DNA of 64,000 nt from Promethearchaeota archaeon (GTDB lineage Archaea; Asgardarchaeota; Lokiarchaeia; Sigyniarchaeales; SOKP01): contig JAEOTZ010000016.1 in assembly GCA_016839585.1 (NCBI GenBank), forward strand, positions 15,215 through 79,214. The letters run 5' to 3'. Within the stretch, counting starts at the first letter, position 1; every line of letters starts with the position of its first letter. Under the pieces are notes generated by a model that saw nothing but the letters and a program-made list of their open reading frames with translations, did no database searches and was not told the DNA's origin. The position numbers and the translations under genes are program-made. This document shows, piece by piece, positions 9,462 to 20,052 of this stretch.

Positions 9462-9863
9462 AACTAATTCATACTTTCCCCGAGAATAATCAATATTAAG
9501 ATTAATTAATTTATCATCTTTAGTAATGATACCTATTGGGAATTTTTCAGGAGGTACAGTAAATTTTGGTAAATCCATATTATGAGAATATATTTCCCTC
9601 CAATCATAATTTTTCAATCCTAATTCCCGTATTAAATCAGTAGGTGTTTTACCAATTCGTTTTAAAGCATATCTGAGTCCTCTATATCCGATTTTATCAA
9701 TTTCATCCTTTGTGGGAACCCGATTATAATAGGAATAAATTACATCTCGATAAAAAGCTAGCGCTTTTTTCTTATCAACCCATTCCCATCTTGTTTTTAA
9801 TTTTTTAGGATTTATACCATTTTCTTCTAAAAATTCTATTTCTTCCTCTGTGAAATTTATCAT
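9432..9863 (-). CDS. Hypothetical basic protein with a homing-endonuclease-associated-repeat-like helical unit
   Basis: YNRVPTKDEI..GY..L....GKTPTDLIRELGL; 30-nt convergent overlap with the previous ORF. Confidence 0.45.
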   Translation of the reverse strand: MINFTEEEIEFLEENGINPKKLKTRWEWVDKKKALAFYRDVIYSYYNRVPTKDEIDKIGYRGLRYALKRIGKTPTDLIRELGLKNYDWREIYSHNMDLPKFTVPPEKFPIGIITKDDKLINLNIDYSRGKYELVSQKYVKDDR

Positions 9864-9983
9864 CAGTATTCTTCTAAATGAGATGTTTAAAAGAAAACGA
9901 ATTTCACTAATGAATCATTATAAATATTCAAAGAGAAGTTCACTAGTTATATTTAAGCTTCTTTAGTTCTGATAATAATATGA

Positions 9984-12305
9984 TTATTCTCTTTCAGAAA
10001 TTTGAAGTAATTTCTGTAGAAGTTTAAGAGCTCCATCTTTTGATAAGTTTTGATTTCGGTTTCCACATTTTGGTGAATAAATACAGCCTGCGCAACCAAC
10101 AGAACAATTACAGGTACTTAATAATTCAAATGTTAATGAAAGTAATTCTTCTAACTTTTGATATAATAATTCTGAAATTCCAATACCCCCTCTATAGGCA
10201 TCATAGATGTAAATTATAGGTTGTTGCTTAACTGGATCAAAATCAATTGATACACCACCTAGGTCCCATCTAGAAATTTGAGATAATACTGGCGCGACAG
10301 CAATCATAGCATGTTCGACAGCATGTATACAATCGCCTATTAAATATCCGTCTTCCTCAAGTTCTTTTTGAATTGAGAAAGGAATATAAAACCACATGGC
10401 CTGAGACTCAAATTCAATGATTGGAATATCTTCTAAAGGATGTCTTGATTGGATTTCCTGTGTTATAGTATTAATGACTTTATAAGCATAGTATTCATGT
10501 TCAACTTTCACATTACCAAAAAATGCTTCTATTTGTTCATTTGGAGCTGTCTTTTTTTGAGAAGTTACTTCAATTGGAGTAATATTTGTGTGTTTTAGAG
10601 ATTGAGTGTAATAATCAATATTAGTTTTAGAAATGTAGACTTTTCTTTCCTCAAGGTCAAGCTCCTGAACAATATAAGTTTCAGCTTCGTAAAGATATAC
10701 AGCACCTTGATGTAAATCTCGAAATACATAGCTCTCATCCTCAGTTGTTAAAAGTGCTTCCTGATTTCCGAATCTTAAAATAACTTTATAACTTCTACTG
10801 GAGAGATCATTTAATCCATATTTCTCGTTTGGGAAAAATCCTCCTTTCCAATAGTATTTATCACCTCGCTTCATTAACAATGATTCTGCAAGTAATTCAT
10901 TTATGCATTCAATCAAAAATTCTTTATTCTGAACGCCAAATTTTTTGTAATCATCTAACTTAATTGGAATTTCTTTTGCAGCACAACATAGATGATTTTT
11001 TAAAATATATTTGTTATTTAGGGTTATTAAGACTTCTTCTTGAATAGGTCCAAATAATTTATCAGGATTATGAATGTAAAACAGATCAAGTGGATTTTGC
11101 ATTGGTATAATAGTTGAAATAGACAGATCGGAACCTCTTCCGGAACGACCAATTTGTTGTCTAAAACTTGAAATTGTCCCTGGAAATCCAGAACTTATCG
11201 TGGCATCCAAGCTTCCTATGTCAATTCCTAATTCCAAAGCATTTGTAGAGCTTATTCCGAGAATAATTCCTTGTTTAAAATTGCTCTCAATCTCTCTTCT
11301 TTTTGATTTACTTATGCCAGCCCTATAACTATGAATTTTATTTTTTAAGATTGGCAAGGCTTTTCGGGTCCAAATGGCTTGCAATTCTGCCATTTTACGA
11401 GAAAGAGTAAATGTTAACGTCTGATATCCTTTTTTTAGGTGACTAACAAATAAATTTTTCGTTTCTTGATGAGGAGATCTATATTTATTGGACACCTCAT
11501 CATAAGGCAAATCCCATAAAATTACTTTTTTAGCACCAGAAGGTGAATCATCTTTATCAACAACATAAAATTCTTCACCAATCAATTTTTCACAAAATTC
11601 TTTTGGATTAGGAATTGTAGCACTAGATAAAATCCAAATTGGTTTTACATTATAAATTTCAAGAATTCTTTTTAAACGTCTAAGAAGCAACGCAAAATTA
11701 GACCCAAATATACCTCGGTAAAAATGTATCTCATCCAGTACAATATATTGTAAATTTTGGCAAATCCTTCTCCATTTTTGTTTAAACCATGGTAAATAAA
11801 AATGTAGTCCATAAGGATTAGTAATAATGATATTTGCATTAGTTAAAATCAGTCTTTTTTCATTTAGCTCTACGTCCCCATCGTAAACACCAATTCTATT
11901 TTGTTTAATATTAGTTTCGGTCAGCATATTTGTTAAAATCGTATATTGATCTCTTGATAATGCTTTTGTTGGGAAGATATATAGGGCGGTAGTCTTGTCA
12001 TCGTTTAAAATTGAATTAAGAACTGGGAGATTATAGCATAAAGATTTCCCTGAAGCAGTAGAGGTAACTATTACTGTATTAAAACCATTACGAATAGCAT
12101 TAATTGCTTCTGCTTGATGTCGCCATAGTTTTAAATTATTATTATTTAAATATCGTTGGAGTCGTCTGCTTGAAGGTTTATCTAGATCATCATAACGTGC
12201 TTTTAATTCAGGAATATGCTCAATATGATATATCTGATCACAATAATATTCTTGGGATTTGATAAATTTTAAGAAATCTTCGAAATCAACCATAAATAGT
12301 GTCAA
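9984..12305 (-). CDS. DEAD/DEAH helicase with DUF1998 Zn domain (Hrq1/MrfA/YprA family)
   Basis: TASGKSLCY, DEIH, SAT, ALELGIDIG, QQIGRSGR, C-terminal CNCSVGCAGC..PKC. Confidence 0.92.
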   Translation of the reverse strand: MTLFMVDFEDFLKFIKSQEYYCDQIYHIEHIPELKARYDDLDKPSSRRLQRYLNNNNLKLWRHQAEAINAIRNGFNTVIVTSTASGKSLCYNLPVLNSILNDDKTTALYIFPTKALSRDQYTILTNMLTETNIKQNRIGVYDGDVELNEKRLILTNANIIITNPYGLHFYLPWFKQKWRRICQNLQYIVLDEIHFYRGIFGSNFALLLRRLKRILEIYNVKPIWILSSATIPNPKEFCEKLIGEEFYVVDKDDSPSGAKKVILWDLPYDEVSNKYRSPHQETKNLFVSHLKKGYQTLTFTLSRKMAELQAIWTRKALPILKNKIHSYRAGISKSKRREIESNFKQGIILGISSTNALELGIDIGSLDATISSGFPGTISSFRQQIGRSGRGSDLSISTIIPMQNPLDLFYIHNPDKLFGPIQEEVLITLNNKYILKNHLCCAAKEIPIKLDDYKKFGVQNKEFLIECINELLAESLLMKRGDKYYWKGGFFPNEKYGLNDLSSRSYKVILRFGNQEALLTTEDESYVFRDLHQGAVYLYEAETYIVQELDLEERKVYISKTNIDYYTQSLKHTNITPIEVTSQKKTAPNEQIEAFFGNVKVEHEYYAYKVINTITQEIQSRHPLEDIPIIEFESQAMWFYIPFSIQKELEEDGYLIGDCIHAVEHAMIAVAPVLSQISRWDLGGVSIDFDPVKQQPIIYIYDAYRGGIGISELLYQKLEELLSLTFELLSTCNCSVGCAGCIYSPKCGNRNQNLSKDGALKLLQKLLQISERE

Positions 12306-12471
12306 TAACTATAATGAAATATCTAAATTAAAAATTACAAAGGGAAAAGATTTAATTATTTCTAAGTAAACAAACCTTAATTTATTATTATAAAAAGAAA
12401 AGTTAAGTTTTTGATTAAATTTAAAGACAATTTTTTTTTTATTTGTAATATACAAAAAAATCATAGAAAAA

Positions 12472-13467
12472 ATGTCTAGTTCTGAATGGAATAAAGTTGA
12501 TTTTAATCAATTTATAAATGAATTTGATTATGAACTTATAGTTAATAATGCACCTACTATCTTATATTCAAAAAAAGATAAAGAGCATGAGGCATATAAC
12601 TCGCTAATAGCTTTCTTTTTCATAGCTGGTGGTTTGCTTATTTACATTTCCCTATCATATATTTTTGAATTTATTTTCAATTTAGGGTTAATAATTGTAG
12701 TATCTATTGTAGCAATCATCATAGATTTATTTTTAATTATTAACTATATAAAATCAAATGTATACATTAGACCATTAGAGTGCTGGGTTGAGATCCATAG
12801 AGGCAAATCTCAAAATGATGTTAATTATTATTGTTTTACTTATTATCCTATCTTTACCGGTAAATGTCACCCAAATGAAGTAAAAAATGTAATTTTTAAG
12901 TTTTACCAAGAGGAAGTGTTGAAGAGTAAAATTGATATTACCCAAATTGAAGTATACCTAAAAATAAACCAAATTAACAAAGAAAAAATAGGTTACTTCT
13001 TCCAATATGGTGAAGGAAGACCTTTTGGTGACGAAAATATAATTAGAAATTCTTGGAAATTTTTTCCTTCTCACCAATCGAAGGAAGAGAATTTTATTGC
13101 AATAGCAAATTGGGATCATCAGTTTGAGTGGCGTAATGATTTAGAATTAGATTTCGATAAGTTACATCAATATGCCCCTTGGGTAATTCAAAAATGGACC
13201 AAAATGAATTTAAAACCTTTAAATGAAGAATTTAAAGGAAGATACAATTGGAATTTAAGAAATATCATATCAGAACCAAAATTGACGCCATGGATAGCAG
13301 GTTTAGAAAATCAAACCTATGAAAATCCGATGGCTTATTGGGATATTAATATCATTGATGAAGCACTCGAAAACATCATTGGTAAGGTTAAGGAAGTAAA
13401 AAAATTAAAAAAGGTAAAAAATCAACTTCCAATGTTTAAATCTTATTTTAGAGATTCAAATGCTTAA
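12472..13467 (+). CDS. Hypothetical membrane protein (two N-proximal TM helices)
   Basis: 331-aa ORF with two hydrophobic segments at about aa 45-95. Confidence 0.7.
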   Translation: MSSSEWNKVDFNQFINEFDYELIVNNAPTILYSKKDKEHEAYNSLIAFFFIAGGLLIYISLSYIFEFIFNLGLIIVVSIVAIIIDLFLIINYIKSNVYIRPLECWVEIHRGKSQNDVNYYCFTYYPIFTGKCHPNEVKNVIFKFYQEEVLKSKIDITQIEVYLKINQINKEKIGYFFQYGEGRPFGDENIIRNSWKFFPSHQSKEENFIAIANWDHQFEWRNDLELDFDKLHQYAPWVIQKWTKMNLKPLNEEFKGRYNWNLRNIISEPKLTPWIAGLENQTYENPMAYWDINIIDEALENIIGKVKEVKKLKKVKNQLPMFKSYFRDSNA

Positions 13468-15019
13468 ACATTGCTTTATTCCTTTTATAAATTTTCATAT
13501 ATTCTGTGAATAACTTAGTGTAAATCTTTTTGTTATCTGGATTTGGCGTGAAATTTTGCTTAATTTTAATCAATGGAATTGCATCAGAAAAATCTTTTAA
13601 CAATCCTAATCCAACCAGAGAAATTATAGCAGATCCTTTAACTGCAGCTAAATCAGGATCAATCATTTGAACAATATTCCTTTCCAACACATCGGCTAAT
13701 ATCTGACACCAAACATTTGATTTTGCACCACCACCAATGAAATTTATTTTGTTAGTTTTTCCTACTAACTTTTCTAAAATAATTAACGCCCATTTTATAT
13801 TATATGCTACCCCCTCATATACTGCACGTAAAAGATCTTCCCGATTATGATCAAGGCTAAGATTATAAAAACCCCCTCGAACGTTAGGATCATTTAATGG
13901 ACTTCTCTCTCCAAACAACCATGGCGTAAATAGGAGATTTTTTGCTCCTACTTTAGAGTTCTCTACAATTGAGTTTATTAGTTTATATAATTCTTCCTGT
14001 TTTTCTTTAAATTTCTCCTTTTCATCGCTAAATATTTGATTAATCAACCAATCAAGACATGCAGCACCGGTTTCTTGTTTAGAGATGCATAAATAATTAT
14101 CTTGAGAAGAGCATATGCTCCCCGTGTAGTGTATAAGGTCTTTTAATCTTTTAGATGTGTGAGCGGAGGCCCAATCTGATGTACCTAGACATATAATTGG
14201 TTCATTATCTAATATCGCACCTGAACCTAGTGCAGCAGAAGTCAAATCTCCAGAGCCTACAAAAACTGGAATTCCTGGCTTCAGACCCAATTTATCTGAG
14301 GCTTCAGTGGTTAATTCTCCAGCAATTTCAGAGGATCTTTTTATTTGAGGTAATTTTTCTTTATCTATACCAAACTTATTTAATATTTTATCTGACCATT
14401 CAAATTTACCTGGATTACTATCCATCATCCAAGACGTATTACCTAAATCTCTTGAAGTTACGGCATTTTTAGTACATCTATAAACTACAATATCCTTTAC
14501 ACTTAAAAATTTGAAGGTTTTTTCATATACTTCGGGTAAATTATCTTTAATCCATAAAATATGAGAGATTGGGTCTTTACCATTGATTCCTGGAGCGCCA
14601 CCTGTTACTTTAATGAACATAAGTAAATTTCGCAAACCGAAATTTGAAATTTTTATAATCCCTTTAGTGAATTTACGAGTAGTAGCAGCAGCTCGAGTAT
14701 CAAGCCAATTAATGCAATTCATTAATGGAATACCTTCAATGTCAATAGGAACCGTACAATTCATTTGGCAATCGAATATTAACGCAAGAATATCATTTTG
14801 ATTAACTTTACTTTCATTGATTAACGTATGAGTTGCCTTTACTACAGAATTCCAATAATCTTCTGCGTTTTGTTCTGCCCAACCTGGTTTTGGATAAAAT
14901 AAAGGATAATCAGCCTTAGTTTGAGAAACTAAATTTAAATTTATATTAAAAAGAGCTGCTTTATTGCCAGTTGTTCCTAAATCATGAGCTAATATGAATT
15001 TATCTGCCAATTTTTTCAC
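13448..15019 (-). CDS. FGGY-family carbohydrate kinase (xylulokinase-like)
   Basis: HDLGTTGNKA, WLDTRA, GERSP, GGGAKS. Confidence 0.9.
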   Translation of the reverse strand: MKKLADKFILAHDLGTTGNKAALFNINLNLVSQTKADYPLFYPKPGWAEQNAEDYWNSVVKATHTLINESKVNQNDILALIFDCQMNCTVPIDIEGIPLMNCINWLDTRAAATTRKFTKGIIKISNFGLRNLLMFIKVTGGAPGINGKDPISHILWIKDNLPEVYEKTFKFLSVKDIVVYRCTKNAVTSRDLGNTSWMMDSNPGKFEWSDKILNKFGIDKEKLPQIKRSSEIAGELTTEASDKLGLKPGIPVFVGSGDLTSAALGSGAILDNEPIICLGTSDWASAHTSKRLKDLIHYTGSICSSQDNYLCISKQETGAACLDWLINQIFSDEKEKFKEKQEELYKLINSIVENSKVGAKNLLFTPWLFGERSPLNDPNVRGGFYNLSLDHNREDLLRAVYEGVAYNIKWALIILEKLVGKTNKINFIGGGAKSNVWCQILADVLERNIVQMIDPDLAAVKGSAIISLVGLGLLKDFSDAIPLIKIKQNFTPNPDNKKIYTKLFTEYMKIYKRNKAMFKHLNL

Positions 15020-15152
15020 CTTAATTGTTTTAATAACATTATAATAAAGTTGGTTTGAATTGTAAATAAAGATAAAGTTTTAAACAAAGAATTTTATCAT
15101 AAAAATTATTATTAATTTTTATAGAAAATAATTTAAGAGAGGAAAAGTAAAT

Positions 15153-16562
15153 TTGACGTTATTAGAAAACATCTCAAAACTTGAAATTCCAACAAATAAA
15201 ATATATTATGATAAGAAATCAAACGTTCTGTCCATTGAAATTCTGAGATTCACCTTTATTGGGATATATAAAAAGTCTACAAAGCTATCAAAAATTTTAG
15301 ATGATATATATAACTTCTTGGGAGAAATTCACATAAATCGTGAAGATTTATCCTTTGTAGATTTCATATCTAATACTATAATTTCAGAAACTACAAAGTT
15401 AAAAAGTTTAGGTTTGCTTGAAAAAAAAGAATTTGAAAAAAAAGAGGAAAAGAAAGAAGAGCAGAAATTAGGTAAAGATATTCGAACCAAAGCAGATATT
15501 GTTGAAAAAGAAACAGTTGAAAGAGTAAAAACCATTGCTCCTCCACGTAAAGCTCCAGAAAAGAAGAAAGCTAAGCAAGCTAAAAAAAGAGAGTCGTATA
15601 GAGAAGAGAAAGCAGAATATAAGATGATGGAAGAACCTGTTGAAAGTGCTGATATGCTTTTATATGAAGAGGATGAAGAATTTGAAATGGAAGAAGAACC
15701 TTTACCTCCACCATCTCCAGCCGCAGGTGCTCCACCAGCACCAACAAAAGTTCCAACAAGTGCTCCCCCCTCCGATGCATTAGCAGGTCCTGGATTACCT
15801 CCTCCTGAAAAATTTCGAGATGCCGTTGAAGAAGTTTTCTCTGAAGTTGTATCGGAACCAAAACCAACGGTTTATGAGATTAACATGGGGCTCCAATACT
15901 ATTCAGTAATGATGGAGCAGAGAAGTTATTTGTTTTATATCTATTTTTCTCATAAAGAATTAAAGATTGTAGATGAAGAGGGTAAAACTATTTATACAAC
16001 ACAAGTTAGAATAGTAACTACTAAAAAAGAACCACCCATTTTGGATCTTAAAATTGAAGGAGAAGGTTTTGAGGTTCATCCTTTAGCAGGAAAAGTAGTT
16101 GTTAAAAAAGATGCAGTTAATCCTCCAGTAATGATTTTCTCTGTGCTCCCCATAAAGTCTAAGAAAAAGAAGAAAAAGAAAGAAAGTGAACGTCGCTTTC
16201 TAAATATTTATATTGAGTTTGAAAATAAAGTAATAAGCCATTCAGTTCTCTCAATTATAGTTCAACCAAAATATTTTCGACTAGAACTTGGTCCAATCCA
16301 TTTAAATCTAAGTAAAAAAGTAGCATTGATAATCTCATTTATTTCTATATTAATTGCTGGAGTTTCACTGGTTTATACACTACTTTCGATTGACCCTTCA
16401 TCAAAATTCACAGATTATTTAGGTGGATTTGCTCCGGGATTGGGATCAATTGTATTCTTTGCAATTTTTCTGTTCACCTTATTTAAAGAAGGCATATATC
16501 CACTGAAAGAGAAAATTAGTAGCTTTTTAAATTTTGATCAAGCAGGTGTTCTTATAAAATAA
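15153..16562 (+). CDS. Hypothetical membrane-anchored protein: putative N-terminal ubiquitin-like domain, charged and Pro-rich linker, beta-rich domain, two C-terminal TM helices
   Basis: 469-aa ORF with PLPPPSPAAGAPPAP and two C-terminal hydrophobic helices. Confidence 0.65.
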   Translation: MTLLENISKLEIPTNKIYYDKKSNVLSIEILRFTFIGIYKKSTKLSKILDDIYNFLGEIHINREDLSFVDFISNTIISETTKLKSLGLLEKKEFEKKEEKKEEQKLGKDIRTKADIVEKETVERVKTIAPPRKAPEKKKAKQAKKRESYREEKAEYKMMEEPVESADMLLYEEDEEFEMEEEPLPPPSPAAGAPPAPTKVPTSAPPSDALAGPGLPPPEKFRDAVEEVFSEVVSEPKPTVYEINMGLQYYSVMMEQRSYLFYIYFSHKELKIVDEEGKTIYTTQVRIVTTKKEPPILDLKIEGEGFEVHPLAGKVVVKKDAVNPPVMIFSVLPIKSKKKKKKKESERRFLNIYIEFENKVISHSVLSIIVQPKYFRLELGPIHLNLSKKVALIISFISILIAGVSLVYTLLSIDPSSKFTDYLGGFAPGLGSIVFFAIFLFTLFKEGIYPLKEKISSFLNFDQAGVLIK

Positions 16563-16716
16563 CTAAAATAGTATCTTAAATGAGAAAAACAACTCCTTTA
16601 TAACAAAGCTTTTTTTTTTTTGCTTATTTTTTGCTATTAGATTCCTATAAAATAAAAATAGTTTACAGAAAGAGCTCATTTTTTAATTTTTTTTCTTGAT
16701 ATGATTATCATAAAAA

Positions 16717-17772
16717 TTGGTCTACAAGAGTGTTTTATTCAATTTAATTTTAATTATAAATATGAATGAATCAATATTAGAAGAAGCAAAAGTAATATAT
16801 TCAGATCCTAATCAATTCAATGAGAATAAACATTCAAATGAGTTTATCATAGAAGTTCAAGATCTAAAAAAGTCATTCAATGGTATTAAAGCAGTTGATG
16901 GTATTAGTCTTAAAGTTCGTAAAGGTGAATTGTTTTCTCTTTTAGGCCCTAATGGAGCAGGTAAATCTACTACAATTAGAATGCTTACCACCGTATTAAA
17001 ACCCACAAATGGAGACGCAAGAATCAAGGATCATAGCCTAATAAAAGAAAAAGATAAAATTAAACCGCTTATTGGTGTATGTCCTCAAGAAAATGTTGTT
17101 TTTGAAGCCTTAACAGCAGAAGATAATGTGGAATTTGTTGGTCGCATGCATGGAATGGATCCTGCTGACATAAAAAGACGCACGAAAACTTTGTTAGAAA
17201 AAATGAATATTGCTGGACGAAAAAAACCTGCAAAATCATTTTCTGGTGGAATGAAACGACGGTTAAGTCTTGTAATGAGCCTAATTCATCTACCACAAAT
17301 TCTATTTCTTGATGAACCAAGTGCCGGGTTAGATCCTCAAGCAAGACGCCTTGTCTGGGATTTTATCAAAAATCTTAAAAAAACAGGAATGACAATCATC
17401 CTTACTACCCATGATATGATAGAGGCTGATGTGTTAAGTGATCATATAGCAATCATGGATCATGGTAAAATCATTGCTTCTGGAACCTTAGAAGAGTTAA
17501 AAAGAAGTTCACATAACGGGAATATTCTTGAATTTAGCTTCTCTTCCAAAGAAGAGCTCATTCAAGCAAAACGCAAGTTAAAACAAATAGATAAAGTGAA
17601 AAAAATCACAGAAATGGAGAACAATAAGTTAATTATCTCCTTTACTGGAGGAGTTAAGACTTTTAAACGAGAAATTTTACGCGAAATAGAAATGTTTAAA
17701 ACCTTACACTTTAGGGAAGATTCTCTTGAAGATATATTCTTAAAGCTAACTGGTAGGGGGTTACGAGATTAA
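16717..17772 (+). CDS. ABC transporter ATP-binding protein (DrrA/NodI-like); start is probably ATG 16762
   Basis: GPNGAGKST, FSGGMKRR, LFLDEP, TTH. Confidence 0.93.
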   Translation: MVYKSVLFNLILIINMNESILEEAKVIYSDPNQFNENKHSNEFIIEVQDLKKSFNGIKAVDGISLKVRKGELFSLLGPNGAGKSTTIRMLTTVLKPTNGDARIKDHSLIKEKDKIKPLIGVCPQENVVFEALTAEDNVEFVGRMHGMDPADIKRRTKTLLEKMNIAGRKKPAKSFSGGMKRRLSLVMSLIHLPQILFLDEPSAGLDPQARRLVWDFIKNLKKTGMTIILTTHDMIEADVLSDHIAIMDHGKIIASGTLEELKRSSHNGNILEFSFSSKEELIQAKRKLKQIDKVKKITEMENNKLIISFTGGVKTFKREILREIEMFKTLHFREDSLEDIFLKLTGRGLRD

Positions 17773-18575
17773 TGAACATGATTGATTTAAAAGCCTGGTA
17801 TATTGCCAAGAAGAATGTAAAAGAGAAACTTAAAAATTATGGCACAATGTTTTGGACTGTTGCATTTCCAATCATGATGTTAATTGTCTACAAGTTAGCC
17901 TTCACTGAAGATGGTACTACGATGATAAATGGGTTAACAGTTTTCGACGTAGAATTTCCAGGAATCGTTGTATATACTATTGGTATATCCACAGTATCAA
18001 GTGCAGTTATGTTTTCAATGAGTAAAAAAGATGGAACATTAGAGTTTATAGATTCAATGCCTGTGAGTCGTGGAAATGTATTTTTAGGAGCTGTAATATC
18101 TGAGGCCATATTCATGAATCTCCAGCTCATTTTATTATTTGGATTTGGATATGGGGTGTTAGGAGCTCATTTTGAACTAGCAATGATGCCGATTGGATAC
18201 TTGATTGCAATGATTTATGGTGTTGCATCAATCGGATTGGGTCTTATTATTGCGAGTTTTCTTAATAGCCCTGAAGGAGCGAATGGAATTGCAATGTTGA
18301 CTCACATGTCCTTAATGTTTGTATCCGGGTCATTTTTCCCCTTGGATAATGGGAGCGTATTTTTTACTCCACAATATTGGGTCAAACAAGTCTATCTCCA
18401 ATTGACAGTTATTGGGGATTCATTCTCTGATTTGATGTATAGTGGTACTATAATTACTCCCACTTCTGAAGCCACTTTCTTTCCCATATGGGGAGGAATC
18501 CTCATGATATTAGCATTCACAGCTGCATTTATCATTTTAGGAGTTAAAATCTTTCAGAAAAAGACAACCCTTTAG
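17772..18575 (+). CDS. ABC-2 type permease
   Basis: About six TM helices, SGSFFP motif, TAATG translational coupling to the ATPase. Confidence 0.88.
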   Translation: MNMIDLKAWYIAKKNVKEKLKNYGTMFWTVAFPIMMLIVYKLAFTEDGTTMINGLTVFDVEFPGIVVYTIGISTVSSAVMFSMSKKDGTLEFIDSMPVSRGNVFLGAVISEAIFMNLQLILLFGFGYGVLGAHFELAMMPIGYLIAMIYGVASIGLGLIIASFLNSPEGANGIAMLTHMSLMFVSGSFFPLDNGSVFFTPQYWVKQVYLQLTVIGDSFSDLMYSGTIITPTSEATFFPIWGGILMILAFTAAFIILGVKIFQKKTTL

Positions 18576-18616
18576 ATTCTTTTTGAAATATTTAATTATT
18601 TTTTTTATTTTATTTT

Positions 18617-19543
18617 TTATTTTATTGTGAATTTAGATTTTAATTCATCCCAAAATCTCTTCTTAAGTTTGCTCAATTTTTTATCTTTTAATTTAATAAA
18701 ATATAAAGATCTTTTCACAATGGAAGGATAACCTTTAACTTTTAAATATTTTATCAAACCCGCTGATTCTGCCTTATCGGCCATCATTTCACTCATAACA
18801 CTTATAAAATTAGATTCATTAACTGTGGAAATGATTGAGTCATTATCATTTATTTCAAGTTTTATATTTAATTTTTTATAATCGGGAAATTGGTGTTTAA
18901 ACGTATTCCTCATTCCAGATCCTTTTTCTCTCCATACAAAGGGATATTTAGTAAGATCACTGAAATTTACAACATCTTTCCCATTTTTAAGTAATTCATG
19001 AGTAGGAGAACATATGAATTTAAATTCATCTTGTCCAATTTCAATATAATCAAAATCATTTTCATCATTATTCATAAAACTTCCGATACCTGCAAAATTC
19101 GCTATATTTTTCTTTAAATTTTCAATAGATTTCTGAGAATTATTAATTAGGATTTTAAAGTTAACATTAGGATTTTTATTTCGAAAATTTGCTATAAATT
19201 TTGGCAAAATATGAGAACCTGGAATAGTTGATGCTGATATTATAATCTCTTCAATTCTTTGATCTTTAAATTTTGAAATCTCTTGTTTACAATCGTCATA
19301 TAACCTAATGATTTCTACTGCATGTTTAAGAAATACCTTTCCTGCTTCAGTTAATTCAAATCTTTTAGTTGATCTATCAATTAAAACGACTTCAAATTCT
19401 TTCTCTAATTGCGATATTTGATGAGATAATGTACTTTGAGAGATAGGTAAATCCTTTGCTAATTCTGAAAAGCTTTTGTATTGAACAAGTTTTATAAAAT
19501 TCCTTAAATATTCAATATTCAAATTTACTGCCGCCTTAAACAA
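18617..19543 (-). CDS. LysR-family transcriptional regulator (CysL/YeiE-like); start is probably TTG near 19522
   Basis: SFSELAKDLPISQSTLSHQISQLE HTH, ASTIP, WREKGSGMR. Confidence 0.92.
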   Translation of the reverse strand: MFKAAVNLNIEYLRNFIKLVQYKSFSELAKDLPISQSTLSHQISQLEKEFEVVLIDRSTKRFELTEAGKVFLKHAVEIIRLYDDCKQEISKFKDQRIEEIIISASTIPGSHILPKFIANFRNKNPNVNFKILINNSQKSIENLKKNIANFAGIGSFMNNDENDFDYIEIGQDEFKFICSPTHELLKNGKDVVNFSDLTKYPFVWREKGSGMRNTFKHQFPDYKKLNIKLEINDNDSIISTVNESNFISVMSEMMADKAESAGLIKYLKVKGYPSIVKRSLYFIKLKDKKLSKLKKRFWDELKSKFTIK

Positions 19544-19670
19544 TCGTCATAAGTAAAAATTTAACACTCTATTAATAATTCAATGTGTTTAATGTTATTT
19601 TTATTTATCGATTTTTTGCATAAATTATTACGAAAAAATTAATAAATATATATTTATTTTCATTTATATC

Positions 19671-20030
19671 ATGTCAGAAAAAAAGAAAGTATTCACAATT
19701 GCCATTGGGAGCGGCCCGTATACCGAAGAAAGATCTTATACTATGCTTCGATTTGCTTATACCGCACTTTTAGAAGGACATAGCGTGAACATTTTTTTAG
19801 TTGAAGATGGAATCTGGGTTGGAAAAAAAAACCAAGATCCTACAACTTATGACAATGTTGGTAAATGGTTAAAAGATGTAATTGAAGAGGGTGCTATAGT
19901 AAAAATATGTGGAGTATGCATGAAAGCGCGTGGAATGGGTGTCGATGAATTGATGGAAAGAATTGAGAAAACAACTATGAATGGTTTTCTTGAAATGTGT
20001 GTAAATGCAGATAATGTAATATTTGGTTAA
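19671..20030 (+). CDS. DsrE/TusD-family sulfur relay protein
   Basis: GPY, IFLVEDGI, CGVCMKARG. Confidence 0.85.
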   Translation: MSEKKKVFTIAIGSGPYTEERSYTMLRFAYTALLEGHSVNIFLVEDGIWVGKKNQDPTTYDNVGKWLKDVIEEGAIVKICGVCMKARGMGVDELMERIEKTTMNGFLEMCVNADNVIFG

Positions 20031-20052
20031 TAAAAGGAGTCGATATATTGAT

